Source: Klebsormidium nitens (taxonomy: Eukaryota; Plantae; Klebsormidiophyceae). Taken from it: DNA of 64,000 nt. The position numbers and the translations under genes are program-made. The notes beneath the pieces were generated by a model. It saw nothing but the letters and a program-made list of their open reading frames with translations. It was not told where the DNA came from and did no database searches. Positions 49,801 to 61,820 of the stretch are shown here, piece by piece (position 1 is the first letter of the stretch; every line of letters begins with the position of its first letter). The stretch lies in the NCBI GenBank assembly GCA_000708835.1, contig DF237015.1, forward strand, positions 1 to 64,000, read 5' to 3'.

Positions 49801-52009
49801 TTATACTCGTGAACGCACTCTGGCCTGCAAACCACAAGCTAAAAGGTTAGTTGACATAACTCGGCCCCAAACCCCCACTTACGGACACTCGCTGCAGCTG
49901 CAAGCCAACGTTCAAACACCGGAAAGGAGGAACACAGCTCCCCTTCTGCTCTCCGGACGACGCAGTCTTCTGACGAGATGGGAGAGGGTACCGCAAGGAC
50001 ACGGACAGGAACTTGCGGACCGGAAACGCTTGTCAAAATGCAGTGCCCAGCGCACTGCTTAAGTACGGTCTCTAGAAAACCAAGGACCACAAACAGCGGG
50101 AAGACTACGTAAAGTGACCAGCATCCGATCATTGACAGGCGCCAACTCGTGCTCAGGACGGAAACAAATGTCCAAATAAACGTCAAAGCTTACAACAAGC
50201 CAGACGAAACAGAAAAAGAAAAAGGTTCGTGACTGTGTCTGTGTCGTTGTCACGTTGTAGGCTAGTCCAAAAACCTTACGGGTAAGGAAAGGTTTCCAGA
50301 CTGGTGGAACAAGTTCCGTGCCTAAAACATGCACGCTTTGTGCCTCTAAGTCGTCTCCGTCAAGACGCAACTCTGTGATTAAAAGGTGTCGCTGCAACCT
50401 GAGTGACGAAGTCATACCTGCACACCGGCTCAGCGATGGCGATGAGGAAGTCGTAGGCCTGCTTGTAGATAGGGGAGTAAGTCTCAAGGAAGATGCGCCC
50501 GTCCGTGCAGATCCAGAGGGGCCGGTTCACATGGTCGGGCTTCAGCTCCAGCTTGGAAAAGTCCCGATCATTGAACGTGCCTGCACAAAGTGCATCTTTC
50601 CATGTTGGATGTCGTTCAATTCCATGTCGTCGTGTCTTTTCCCGTTCAACCTTTATTTTCGGAACGCTGTTTCCTGTTTCCCTCATTCTGAGGAAAGGTC
50701 TTGTCGCTTTTTGTGCATGCATCTCCATCTTCGAAAACTCACGAAAAGGACAGAGTGGCACAAATAGGCCAACCAGCTAGAAAAGGATAGAGGCTCAAGC
50801 AATACGCGAGGGAGAATCATGAATGTTGTAAGCTTTCAATGCGCACCTTGCTCTTCCAAAGGTTCTTCTTCGTCCAGATAATCATCTTCTGGCTCTGATG
50901 GCATCTCCTCATCGAGCTCAACGGGATCTGTCACCTCTTCTGCTGCCTGCAACCAAGGTGATTAAGTGCTTATCTACTGATGGGCAATCCTTTCTTCGCA
51001 TAAAGCATTATTGACTTGGCTTTTGATCCTCCAATTCTTGTTGATTAGCATGTAACCGGACGATATAATGCAACTGAGAAAGACTATTCCTTTCCAGCAT
51101 GGAAAGCTTTTAGTTCTTCGGTTCCATGGAATTCAGTCAACATGAAACACAAGCTGCAGGTCCTTAGCAAAGTATTGAGATCTTGACGCCATCTTGATCC
51201 CAGCTTTTCTGCCGAGACAGCATCAGAAGGACTTTATGATGTTGTGAGTGGTGTTGAGAGTGTGGAGGTTTGTTCGAGTCTGTTGATCATAAAAAGATCG
51301 GTGCTAATTTGGGACCCTCACCTTGCCCGTGCCTTTCTTTGCCTTCTTGCCTTTGGCAGAGGCCCCTGCCGCGGCCCCTGAAGTCAGACACGGCAAAAAA
51401 GTAATCAGAATCTCTCACACCCATTTAGGCAAGTGGGGCACATGTATCCAGACTTATGATGACAGCTGTCAGGTGAAGCGAGTGGCAGACTTTTTCAGCC
51501 CAGCAGCATCGAGCGCCATCAAAGTTCTGAAGATCAGCAACGGGGCCATAGTCATCATTGTGTACCCATTCAATCTCTCTTCTGATCCCACTTTGCTCCC
51601 ACTTTGCAAGCATGTCCTAAAAAGGGGGACCCAATCTCCATTTCATGACGTCAAGCAGACTCCTCACACTCGCGTTTTTCGAAAGAAACAAACCATTTTG
51701 CAAAGCGTGAACCATAGCTCAATATCGAAGCTCACGCGTATTGCACGCAAGTCTGTAGGACTTGGAGGAATCGAATCTCAGTCCTGCAATTTTCCTGCAA
51801 CACCCTGGACTGATTGAGGAGCTATCAACCAATGAAACCAAAGTTGGCCAGTGTCACACACATGTAGCAGATGGCGTATGGGACAAAAGTAGAACAGCCA
51901 GAACCAGAATGCTGTGAGCAATTGATGACACCGGAAAAAGACAGCATTCATGGGAGTTCTCGCGCTGCGACGCACCCGCCTCCCCGGCTGCCTTTCTTTT
52001 CGAGGACAT
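40879..52009 (-). CDS. XPB: TFIIH DNA repair helicase XPB (ERCC3/Ssl2); about 16 exons
   Basis: Start [11 protein letters not shown] at 52009. Motifs: [55 protein letters not shown]|VNPDL, Walker [14 protein letters not shown]|VHVVPA, KLGLT|ATLVRED, FLSK|[56 protein letters not shown]. Last exon ...[13 protein letters not shown] with TAG at 40879-40881. Confidence 0.97.
41595..41645 (-). repeat. Intronic echo of the XPB exon end and donor (true donor at 41762)
   Basis: Plus strand: ctcacctgtactttaagtagaccaccccgtccgccccaaagagcgc versus cgcacctgtactccatgtaaaccatcccgtccgcccccgagagcgc (41758-41803). Confidence 0.85.
42077..42205 (-). repeat. Intronic echoes of the XPB acceptor and exon start (true exon starts at 41989)
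   Basis: agctgctcctgctg...gctcgctcgccatg...ttccgtgatgacctg is repeated (41921-41992 versus 42078-42141), with further partial gtg(a/g)tgac copies at ~42161 and ~42191. Confidence 0.87.
42641..43005 (-). other. Non-canonical GC-AG intron in XPB
   Basis: ...CGG CCG AAG|GCGAGT...ctgcag|GGT CGC GCG. This gives the conserved [18 protein letters not shown]; reading through hits a TGA. Confidence 0.8.
44614..44680 (-). repeat. Intronic echo of the XPB exon end and donor (true donor at 44763)
   Basis: ctcacctgctgcttgccggc...cgtagacctcgcgcgtca versus cccacctgctgcttgccggc...cggtagaactcgcgcgtca. Confidence 0.87.
45002..45236 (-). repeat. Two intronic echoes of the XPB acceptor and exon start (true exon starts at 44957)
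   Basis: The block ctcgtacagc...aaaagt(t/c)gag(g/a)tcgct...accagcgtcgct(g/a) occurs at 44890-44960, 45005-45074 and 45164-45234. Confidence 0.9.
47205..48005 (-). repeat. Array of 4-5 decayed copies of the XPB exon end ([12 protein letters not shown]) plus donor, filling a ~1-kb intron
   Basis: True copy ~48167-48210 (gcgcaccgtgtcgttgcgaaagtcgtactcttcgagcatgggg). Echoes at ~47955-48000, 47798-47840, 47629-47680 and 47341-47387, with a weak one at ~47205-47245. Confidence 0.88.
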
Positions 52010-52709
52010 GGATGCGATGGGCCGCCTGGCTGGTCGCAGTACTCTTTCTACACGGCAGGCGCCCTCTCAATAGTAAGACCCTCCAACGGCGTTGAGCTAC
52101 TTGGCTTTCGCGTTACAGGTCCCTAAAGTTCGAAGGCAACAATAAAGGCCAAAGCCTAAGGTCAAGCGCCCTCACACAGAGAAAGCCTCGAATCTCTGGA
52201 GAAGAGTTCCAACTCACGTTCATGATGCAGACAAGGGTGCTCCTTGAACTTGAAGGTGAGTCTTACCTTGCGTGCGCATATCCAACTAGTATTCGCTGCT
52301 GCTAAGTGTGCACGCCCGCCGGCGCCGGCAGAAGTGACGTTACGAAGTTGCCGTTGTACAGCACAGGCTCTAGACAGTTCCTGATTCTGGAATATACCAA
52401 CTGGTAATACTTTTACCTGCCTGTCACAAGGTTTAGAATTGAGCGTCAGGTACCAAGTTTGAGGTAACGGTGTTTTTGGCGCCAAAGCCTAGGAATCGGA
52501 TGATCATCTTCAATTCCAAAAGTGAGTTCAAGTTGGAGAAGGGCTTCAAGGCCCACCACAAGACTCATTTGGCCCAAGGTTGTACGACAGCACATTTTCT
52601 CTACGGCCCGAGGCTTTGTGGAACGGCGAGGGATGCGGTTCACTAATACTAATAGCGAGTTGCGCATCTCTCCTACATGATGCTGGGAGATTGAGCTTGT
52701 TGATTAGGC

Positions 52710-55700
52710 ATGGAGCCTAAAGTCTGGGACGGGGAGAGGAAGGCAGGCCTCATCAAGGCGAAATTTGATGAGCTGTAAGGGCCTAATGCAGTGTCTCACT
52801 ACGCTTGTTCACAAATGGAAAAAAGCAGCGCACCTGCTGGCAATGCTTCCTGAATCAATTGAGGCTTACTTGGCGCACTTTGATTTTTGCAACTTTAGCA
52901 TCTTGTTGAAACTCGGTACATGGTGACAAAAGCAGGCTCCTTTTGAGGTCCAAAAATCACATCAACTATAAAAGTTCTGGAAGCTCCAAGCCAATTCCTT
53001 GCGGCCAATTGACGATAGCTCTCTTTATGTTGTTCCCAGTTGTTGCGATGCTGGCTTTGAAAAGTTCAACGTGGCGTTTGGTTTTCTGGAAGCTGCAAAA
53101 CCACGAGGAAAATTTGCAGACTTTGTATGGAGAAATTCTCTAGATTGCTCCGTCGGATATTCCAAGACTGGACTCGATGAAGTTACCTGTTCTTTACCTC
53201 TACCCACATTTTCTCGTCATGTGCACGCAGGTATTTGAAGCACTTCCAGAACCAGTCCGGTGTCCTCTCCTTCCCGCCCCAAGCTAGCCCTATCCATCTT
53301 CACCATACTTCCCCCCCTGCTGCGCCCAAAAACCAACCAGCAAAGCCTTCCCCAAACCCCCAAACCTTTGCCCCGCCAGTCAACCCGGATTTCCCAGAGG
53401 GAACTTCTCAGGCACGTTCAGAGGGCTTTTCCCAGCCTGCACTTGCGCCGGTGACCTTCACCGGGGGGCGTGGAGCTGGTTCCAGGGGTTGGCCGCTAGA
53501 GAAAGACCAGGGGAAAGCGCTGCGGTGCCCCCCACGAAACAATTCTGATGAGGACCTGCGGAGTCTCGACAATGCGGGGAGAAGCAGGCCGTCTGAACAG
53601 AGGGCCTTGTCTGGTCTTTCGGGCGGGGGGCAAGAGAAGGGCTGTGTGAGGGGTTTGACAAAGGATGTCGATGGTACTTGGCAGACGGACTGCAAGGAAG
53701 AGGGGCCTTCCGAAGAGAAAGTTGACACGAGGTGGGGCGGGAAAGCATGTTTGGATTGGCTTGGTTCGCAAAGTCAAGAGGATTTGCCTCAGCCCGACTC
53801 TGAACAGCCGGTCAGGGTCGTCAGTGCACTTCCGGAGGGTGCTCTTCCCAGGCTAAGTTGGGCGCAACTCCCGGACGGGGCCACCGTAATCGTGGTCAGC
53901 CCTAACCTAGTCACTAGCTTTGAGGGGTGTCCGGCGAAGCAGAATGTAGTGAGCCCTAACCTGGTTGCTAGCCCGAATCTCGACTCTGGGGACTGGAACG
54001 GGAGTCAGGCTCTGCTGCCAGTCTCACCAGAACGGCTCACAATAGGCGATGGGGGCAGGCGCCACATGGCAGATGGGCGGAGTTCGGAGGGGGCGCACTC
54101 TGGCTTATCTGGGGAACTAGGTACAGGGCCGAAAAGGGAGTTCGAAGCAGGGGAGGTGATCCAAGGGGGCTCAAAACGGCTGCGGAAGGGCAGGGGGGAG
54201 GCACCAATTTGCGGTGCAGAAACTGGGTGCGCTGATGAGGGGCCTGCTGCTGCCAAGTCGGAGGGAGATCTGTATGCAGGGACTCAGAAACAAGATTGGA
54301 AGAAAGCGCAAGGAACGAAAGGCGGCCTTAATGGGAAGCATGCAGGGGGTGAGAACAAAGCCAAGGGCCGGGGCGGGCAAACGGCCGGGGATCGCAAGCC
54401 GCAGGAGATGCGACTTCAAGAGTCTCGGAAGAAGCAAGGGGTAGGTCGGGAGAAATGTAAATGCAAGGGTGGGGTCGAGACCAAAGCGAAGAATTCCCGG
54501 ACTGCGAGGGAGCTGATGAGGCTTGCGGATATGGAGTCCAAACCAGGGACAAAAGGGGAAGGAATTTTCGGGGTCAAGAGGCGGCGGGTTTGCAGTCTGG
54601 CCGCGCTGACTCAAAGCAGCGGCGATGCCGCTGTTGTTGATGTGGGGGCCCATCCTTCCAAGAAGCTCAAACTTCTTTCCGGCGGTAGCTCACTCCGAAG
54701 CCTCGGTGTCACGCCGCCGCTGCTTCCGATGCAAAAGGCGCTCCGTGCTGGCAAAGCCCCAGCCGCAGTGCAGCGTCCCGGTTCCAACTCACTTGCAGCC
54801 AAATGCGGGCTCCCTCGTCCGCAGCAGCAGGATATCCATCACAAGCAGTGCGAACCATCAGCTGAACCTACTGCACGATTGGTGGTCAAATCGGGTGCCG
54901 CCCCTAGCAACCCGAAGAGTTTCGCAGGAAACGGGGTCTGCGAACCTAGTGTGTCGAACCTCATGCGGCAGCACGAGGCGGGTCTAGCCGGGAAGCGGCG
55001 AAGCGAAGCGTTGGAAGCGCTGGCGGCAGCCGCCCGAGAGCCCATGTGCAGCATCTGCTACACGGAGTACGATGCGCGGCGGTGCTACCTGGCCTGCGAC
55101 GTCTGTGACCGGTGAGCGTTTTCCCGTCCTTAATTATGGCCGGGGGCACCGTCTTCTTGTCAATCTGTATAAAGACCGCTCCTCTCATTCCGGGTGGCCG
55201 TTTTCCGCCCTCGAAGGCTCGGCTCCATTATGGACTTGGTGACGAACGGACGACGTTCGGAGGGTGCAGAAAGTCTGTTGCTGTATTTGCCCCTCTTTTG
55301 GAGCGGATGTGCTGACCAAGTACTGCGCTTGTTTTCGACAGTCCCAGCTTCAGTACCTGCTCCGGTTTGTTCGCACCGGTTTGCGTCCAAGGTGTATCTT
55401 GTCTGACATACATGTACGATCCAAGTTCGTGGGAAGCTTTGATGTTTGCAAAACGCCCTGCGAAGGCATTTTAAGTCGTCTCTTGCGGTCAGACGGTGGT
55501 CAGAAGATTGTGTACCTCATTCCTTTCTTATTGTGATTATTGGAAGCAAAAACCTTCTGCACTCAGTTCTGAATGTTGCTTCAGGTAAGGTCTGGTTTTC
55601 CAAGCATCGTTCTTTAGTTGCGCGTGAATCCAGGCTCCAATTCTACTGCCAAGTTCCCCCGGCCGTCTGCGTTCTTAGCACAGAGAAGGCTGACTTGGTT

Positions 55701-57275
55701 AGGTGCCACTGTCAAGAGCATTGGACTTTTTGGTGTCCTTCTTCAGGTCCAAGCTCACAGGATCTTGCTTGTCTCTTCGTAAGGAACCAACTCAAGAACT
55801 TCCAGTAAACACAGGACAGTAATCATCTGCGAAGTTGGTAGTCTCATTGAGCCCCTCTCTTCTACAGATGGTACCACGCGGAGTCGTTCGGGGTCTCTCC
55901 AGAAGCCGCCGTGGCCCTCATGAAGTTCAAGTGTCCGACGTGCATGCGGCGGGGCCGACCGTCCGGCTGTCCGATACCGGATCCATCCGCCGCGCTCGCG
56001 GCACCGCTCAAAATCCGCCCCAAACTTCACCAAAAGGCGCGCATAGCATATGCCGCGAGCAGAGGTGTGGTTCCGGGGGCCCAGAGAGCAGGCTTGGGGG
56101 AAGTCTCCGAGGAGGCGCAGGTCGAGAAGCGGGACCAGCGTTTGGTGTCCAAGGACATCGTCAAAAGCGATGGGACTGGCACGCGAAACCGGTTCATAGC
56201 GTCGGCAGTAGTGACGGAGAGCGGACAGAGTACAAAGCAGTGTAAGATTGGGGCGCCCAGCGACAGTGGAAGGGGCGCAAAAGCGAAGATTCTGGAGAGT
56301 TGCGAAACGGCGGTAGAGGTTATCGGGGCTCCCCCTGCAAAGAAGCGCCCGCCGCTGCGTCTGGTCGGGGGGACTCACCCAGCAAATCTTAGAAATGGAG
56401 TTCTAACGAGCAATCGGGAGCTGGCTCCCGGGGGACTCGCGGGATGTCCGCTGGAGGAGAGGTCGAGCGGGCGGCCTTTGACAACGGCGACCAGAGCTGA
56501 AAACAGCGCCTCCGAGGCGCAAGGGGCCAGCGAGTGCGCTGCGCTGTTAGCGCAGCCGTTGACTGACTCAGCGTGTTTGCCGCACTCTGCGCAAGCGACG
56601 GCGGTCGGGAGAGCCAGAGGCAGTCCACCGTCGAAGAAGAAAGCTTCCGCTTCTGAAGTGATCAATAGGGTTCCGGTGGCCGGAACGCCGAACGGCGCCG
56701 AAGCGCTGGGAAGCTCTTGCAGCGCGGAGCAGGAGACGGGCCGGTATAGAGGGGAGTCGACGGCCGGCGGAAAAGCACGGATACGGGAGGGAGGGGAAAC
56801 GGAAAACGGAACGCGGAAACGGATCCAGCCTACGAAGCTTGGGCCCGTTTCTCAGCCTTCGGCGATCGGTGTACCCAAGGCGACTGAGGCGCGGCGTTCA
56901 GAAGCACCGGTGCTTTCAGAAGGCCCTGCTGTGCCTCGATCGGCTGAGCGCAGCCGAGACATACCTCCTGCCCAATCCGCACCTCCCCATGTACAGGGCC
57001 CCCAAGGAAACCTTCGAGAGAGTCATGCTGCTACTGGGTTTCCCGGAGGCCCTGTTTTGCCGAGCGTGGGTCGGTACAGCTGGGAAGCTCAATACTACCG
57101 GGCTGCAGACGAGGCCTCCCGAGGGGGGCCGGTTCTGCCGGACCGTATTCACACTGGGGCGCCTCGGGGGCAGAGCGCTCGGTGGTCGATTGACTTGAGC
57201 AAGGTCCAGGAGGTGGACGGGAGGAAGGTGAGAATGGGGACGGAGGAGGTTGACGGAGTGCAGCAGCTGAGCTGA
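52710..57275 (+). CDS. Large, mostly low-complexity nuclear protein with one atypical PHD finger
   Basis: Exons: 52710-52774, 53231-55111, 55868-57227/57275; a possible last exon is 57953-57976. PHD: CSICYTEYDARRCYLACDVCDR|WYHAESFGVSPEAAVALMKFKCPTC. The 3' end is uncertain. Confidence 0.72.
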
Positions 57276-59048
57276 GGCGAGGGTGTTCACACCTAGGGGG
57301 GAAGAAGCGGAATTCGGGGGTAATGGTGTGAACAGGGATGTTTGGACTGGCGGAGGATTGAGCTGCGGGGATGAAACGGGGTATTCACATTGGTGAGGAA
57401 GAGGCAGAATCGGAAAGTGCTGGGGGATCGGCGGTTGCGGGACGAGGTCGAGCGGACGGGGTGTTCCAGACTGGGCGGCGGGAAAAGGTCGGAGATAAGG
57501 TGAGGATGTGATCTCTGGTGTTCGATCGAAGCGGATGTGCAAAGATATTGCGCAGGGTGCATGGTCTGTCGAACCTTACTTTGGCACGCTTGCCTTGACA
57601 TGCCAGTGGCATATGCGTGTCATATCGAGCGGTACTCTTCGTTCGACTCTGCTCCGCATCGCCTTTGACGACAGCACAGCACAGAAAATTCGTTGGTCCA
57701 TAAATCTTCAACTATAGACTGGTTCGTACTTCTTTAAAGTGTCATGTTAGTGCGCCCCGTTGCAAAACAGTCCCATCATCTGCGGAACTCGAAGGACAGC
57801 CGATGACTCCGCTGCTGATTCGTGTCCCCTTCATTTTTTACACTTGTTTGGTTGTATATGCTTACAGACGATCAGTGCTGATCCGTGACACAGGCTTCAC
57901 TTAATTCCGTGCGGTCAACGGGGCAGCTCACCCGTGAAACCCGCATTTGCAGGTGGCCCGTCGAGGATACAACTGAAGGCCAGTATGCAGAAGAAAGTGC
58001 AGCAAACTGAGTTGGCCGTCACATACTTTCTATTGTGAAAAGCTGGTCGTATTGCAACGTCGATCAGCTGTTGCTATGACGATAAAGTGGTGGCCGCCTT
58101 GCAATGTTCTCTTTGTGTCGTTCGTCCCATGATGGCCACGTTGGTGCATATCTTGCAAAAACAGTACGGGATGTTTCCGCAACGGTACGGTGCCTCTTCT
58201 TTCAACCTAGATATGCAAGCATACGCCATCTCGTGGTAAGATGTGCGATGCCAGCGGTTCTTTTCGATCGACAGCGCATGCACCGTTGCGAGAAACGTTC
58301 CACGTGAATGTTATCAACAACATGTCTTTCACCCCAGCAGCTCGAAGTACTATTGACTATATGCAGTTATAGTCGCTTGGTGAGTCCGTCCGTATATGGT
58401 ACGCGTAGCTGTACTAGATCAACTCATCATTATATGAACTACCTAGGCTAAGTAGCTACATGATCCATATATGCAGCCGGCCCCTAGTTCTGCGCATACT
58501 AAAAGTATAGTTTGTATCACGAATCGAGTCAACTTGTCACAGTGCTAGCTATCCAATCCCAAGAGTGCGGCGCGTGTGGACCGGAGTACGTATACCCGAG
58601 TGCATGTGAGCCAAACCGACCGGGGCCTGCAATTGTTCACAGTAGAATGGCAGTGACCATTCAATTGTCCCGGCCTGCAGTCCAGATTTCATGATTGCCA
58701 ACCTCAGAGATAAAGTAAGCGCATGAGTAGCTCCTAATTGAATATTCACAGAGTGCAATGCGGCCGCGTTGCTGGTCATTGCTTGTTAAATTTGGATAAT
58801 CTGCTCCAGCGGCAGGACGCTCAAAAGTTTATCGACTCGGCCGATATACGCGATGCACAAAAGGTATCATCTAGAGCTGGCTATAAACGATTCTTCAGTA
58901 TCTTATCAGCAGGCTGTCCTTCGGACCAATGAACATTTCCTAATTCAAAAGTCCATGAGCCATTCCTGACTCGGTTCTAATGAACCTTAACTTTAGTTTA
59001 TGTCAATCCCTTGTGTCTATGATGAGCGTGCTCGCTTTGAATCAAGGT

Positions 59049-60859
59049 CTAATCAATATCGGGAATGGGTTCAACCTTCTCCACCGACCCAGTCCGAGAC
59101 TCTTTCCGCCAAGCCCTCCTCTGGATCTGTTCCACGAGCGACCCACCCTTCTTGCTCTCTTTCTCCTTCCACGTCTTCTCATACTTCCCCACACTCGTAT
59201 CCTGGTAATACAGAAAAGGCACTAGCAGCATGATCCCGACGAACATGGGAATCGACCCAAAGAGCCACAGCATGAGCGTGAAGGCCAAGTAAAAGCCCCG
59301 AGTCCCGAAGGTGTACCAATTAGCCCCCAGCACCAATCCCGCCACTACGTACTCTGGAGTGATGTCGCCAGTCTCTGCGTCCATAGGGATGTTGATCAAG
59401 AAGCCGACCTGAGAAAAGACCACTTTGGCTTTGTCAACATATGTCGTTGCTCCAGTTCTTCCGAGTAACATCAGGCAGAGCGACTGTTTCCAGTGCAACG
59501 GAGGCACCCATGGCCACAAACACCGTGTAGCTACTGCTTTCTTCTCTGATGACTCTGGTGTTCAGAGCGAACAGGTCCACACCAGTCAAAACATGGAATC
59601 AGAATCGCTTTAATAAGTTCCGGTCAGGCAGCTTTGCTAATGAACCGGACTCCGGACAAACGCTGGCTGGTGCGTAAGCTGTGATTTCAAAGTGTTGGGG
59701 ATGACTGCGAGACTGAGATCACCGGCGAAGCGAACAAGCTGTGCTATTTAAAGCATTAATGCGTTTGTAGAACTTCTTCTGTTACATGATGTTCTTGCAG
59801 TGCCATAGACACATACTGCTGAAGACGACAGCAAAGTTGCCAATGCCGCCGCTCCCTTTCAAAAATTGACAATTCAGAAAGTAACATTGATTTAATTGCT
59901 TGCTCTCAATGAAACGCTCGACTCACATGGTTGAGATAGCGTATGCTCTGGATGTGGCACATGAAAGCCCCCACGAACGCGATGAAGATGAGCACGAACT
60001 TGGCCCACAGCACGTTGAAGTTCTTGGACCCCAGGACGACGGGCGCGAATGCGCTGATGTCTTTTGTGGTCACGATTGTGGCGATTGCTGAGCTCAGCAC
60101 GATGGCGGTGGTGGCAAACAAGGAGGAGGCCATGACCGAGTTCCGTAGGGTCTGGACTGCCAGGATGTTCTTCTTGTCCTGGGTACAGGAACGACGAATT
60201 TCAGGGGGGTTCCAAAACCACAAGGTGACTGGGTCCTTGAAGATTGCAAAGAAGGTCTCCATAGAGGCAGCTTCTAACTTATGCCAATCCCTGAACGGGA
60301 CTTACTCGATCAGAATTGACTGAGAAGGCAGGAACGACAGCAGGGGTGGCGTCTTTCACAAGGGGTTGATCATTATAAAACTGGTGCACCGCAGGAAAGC
60401 TGGACATTAAGCGGAGCAAGCTATATAAGAAGAAAAAAGAAAGTGCTCTCCTCCTGGGTGTCTCAATGTCCAGTTGTTGGATCCGAGAGGAGCTTGACAG
60501 ATTGCGATGGCAATGTTCAACTTCATGGGGCTTGTTTTGGAAGCACTTGATAAGATTGTTGTTGGAGCTGAGCATGCTGCTTCTTTCTCATACGTAGACC
60601 CAAGATGTGAGGAACTTGAATTCACTGCTCCTCATATTCAAAAGCAACAAAGTTTCGTGTCTATAGAGCTCACTTGATCAGCCAAGATGGCCCGCACCCA
60701 CGCTCGCTTTGCCAGATGATTGACCCCAATCACTGTCTTCAGAGGGTCTTTCTTTATCCGGTAGTACAACCAGAGATGGTATAGTGCAAAGAGGATCATA
60801 CTGAAAGGTACAAGTGTAAGGTCGAGGATACCATGCGACGAAATGAGCGAGGAACCCAT
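59049..60859 (-). CDS. DUF599-family membrane protein; 3 exons
   Basis: Exons: 60674-60859, 59927-60178, 59049-59408. Motifs: LDLTLVPFSMILFALYHLWL, KTVIGVNHLAKRAWV, KNILAVQTLRNSVMASSLFATTAIVL, FTFG-like YTFGTRGFYLAFTLMLWLFGSIPMF. Confidence 0.9.
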
Positions 60860-61820
60860 CGATGCACTAGGTTTGATATGATGCTTCCTCTGAAATGCTG
60901 TGCAAAAATGTCCTGAGCAGAGGATGTGTGCATACAAAGATCCGGGGGCACTGCACTCTGCAAGTATAATGAGAAGAGCTGCCTACACGTTGTGACTTCC
61001 ACCAGCTTCGAAAACAGATTGCAGCTCTCTGCTAGCGTCCAGCTAGCGCATCACATAAGCGATATCAATCGGTGCAAAGTGCGTGCCCATTGCGAAGCTC
61101 GTGCCTGTAATTCTAAAATGAAACCCTTTGCAAGGCCTCGCCTCAAAGTAGCCTGCGCGTGCAGCTAGAAATCACCAGATGTGATTAGCACAAGAACAGG
61201 AGTGGAAATTCTACAGATTGCCTGCGCCTTGCAATCTCCTTGAAATTTCGCAGCTGGGTGCTGCCCACTTCTGTAGCACTTCTGGCTGCCAGTGCAGCCG
61301 CAGCCTATCCTATCCTAGCTCAGGCTGCGCTTGAACAAGAAAGGCCACATGGCCCGAGTCTGGAGGGTTCCCTTCATTTAACCCAATTTTGAACTCCGTG
61401 GTCAAAAAGCGTCAAGTTTGACGGCGCAAGCCCACGGTCGCCCGCGCCAGCCAAAAGAAACACTGAGCGTGTGCTCTTGAAGGATAGAAACGGCTGCCGC
61501 TTCCAAGGTTCCCGGTAGTAAGTCTGGCAGCATGATCTGACCTTCCACAAACCAGCTTTCTTAGTCTGCAAGGTGGAGCTCTGCTTGTCAGGAATGATGC
61601 TGGGGCAGTGGGGGAGTTGGACTTGTGTCACTAAGTTCGCTTGCATTCTGGTGCAGCAGTTGAAGAGCTCTCCCTCTGTAAAGTTGGCCGTTTGATACTT
61701 AGTTGTATCGTTCTTCAAAGCTTTCTTCAGTGCAGTTTTCTTCAATTGCCAACGCTGTGAAGTCAGATTGCGTAGGTTATACATGCCATTGACCCTGAGG
61801 CCATCAAAAATCTACAGAAA

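Noticed and set aside
55107-55232. Weak echo of the PHD exon donor (ccggtgagcgttttccc...attatgg versus ccgggtggccgttttccg...attatgg)
   Set aside because: The similarity is short and gapped, so it may be chance. It was not counted among the echoes.
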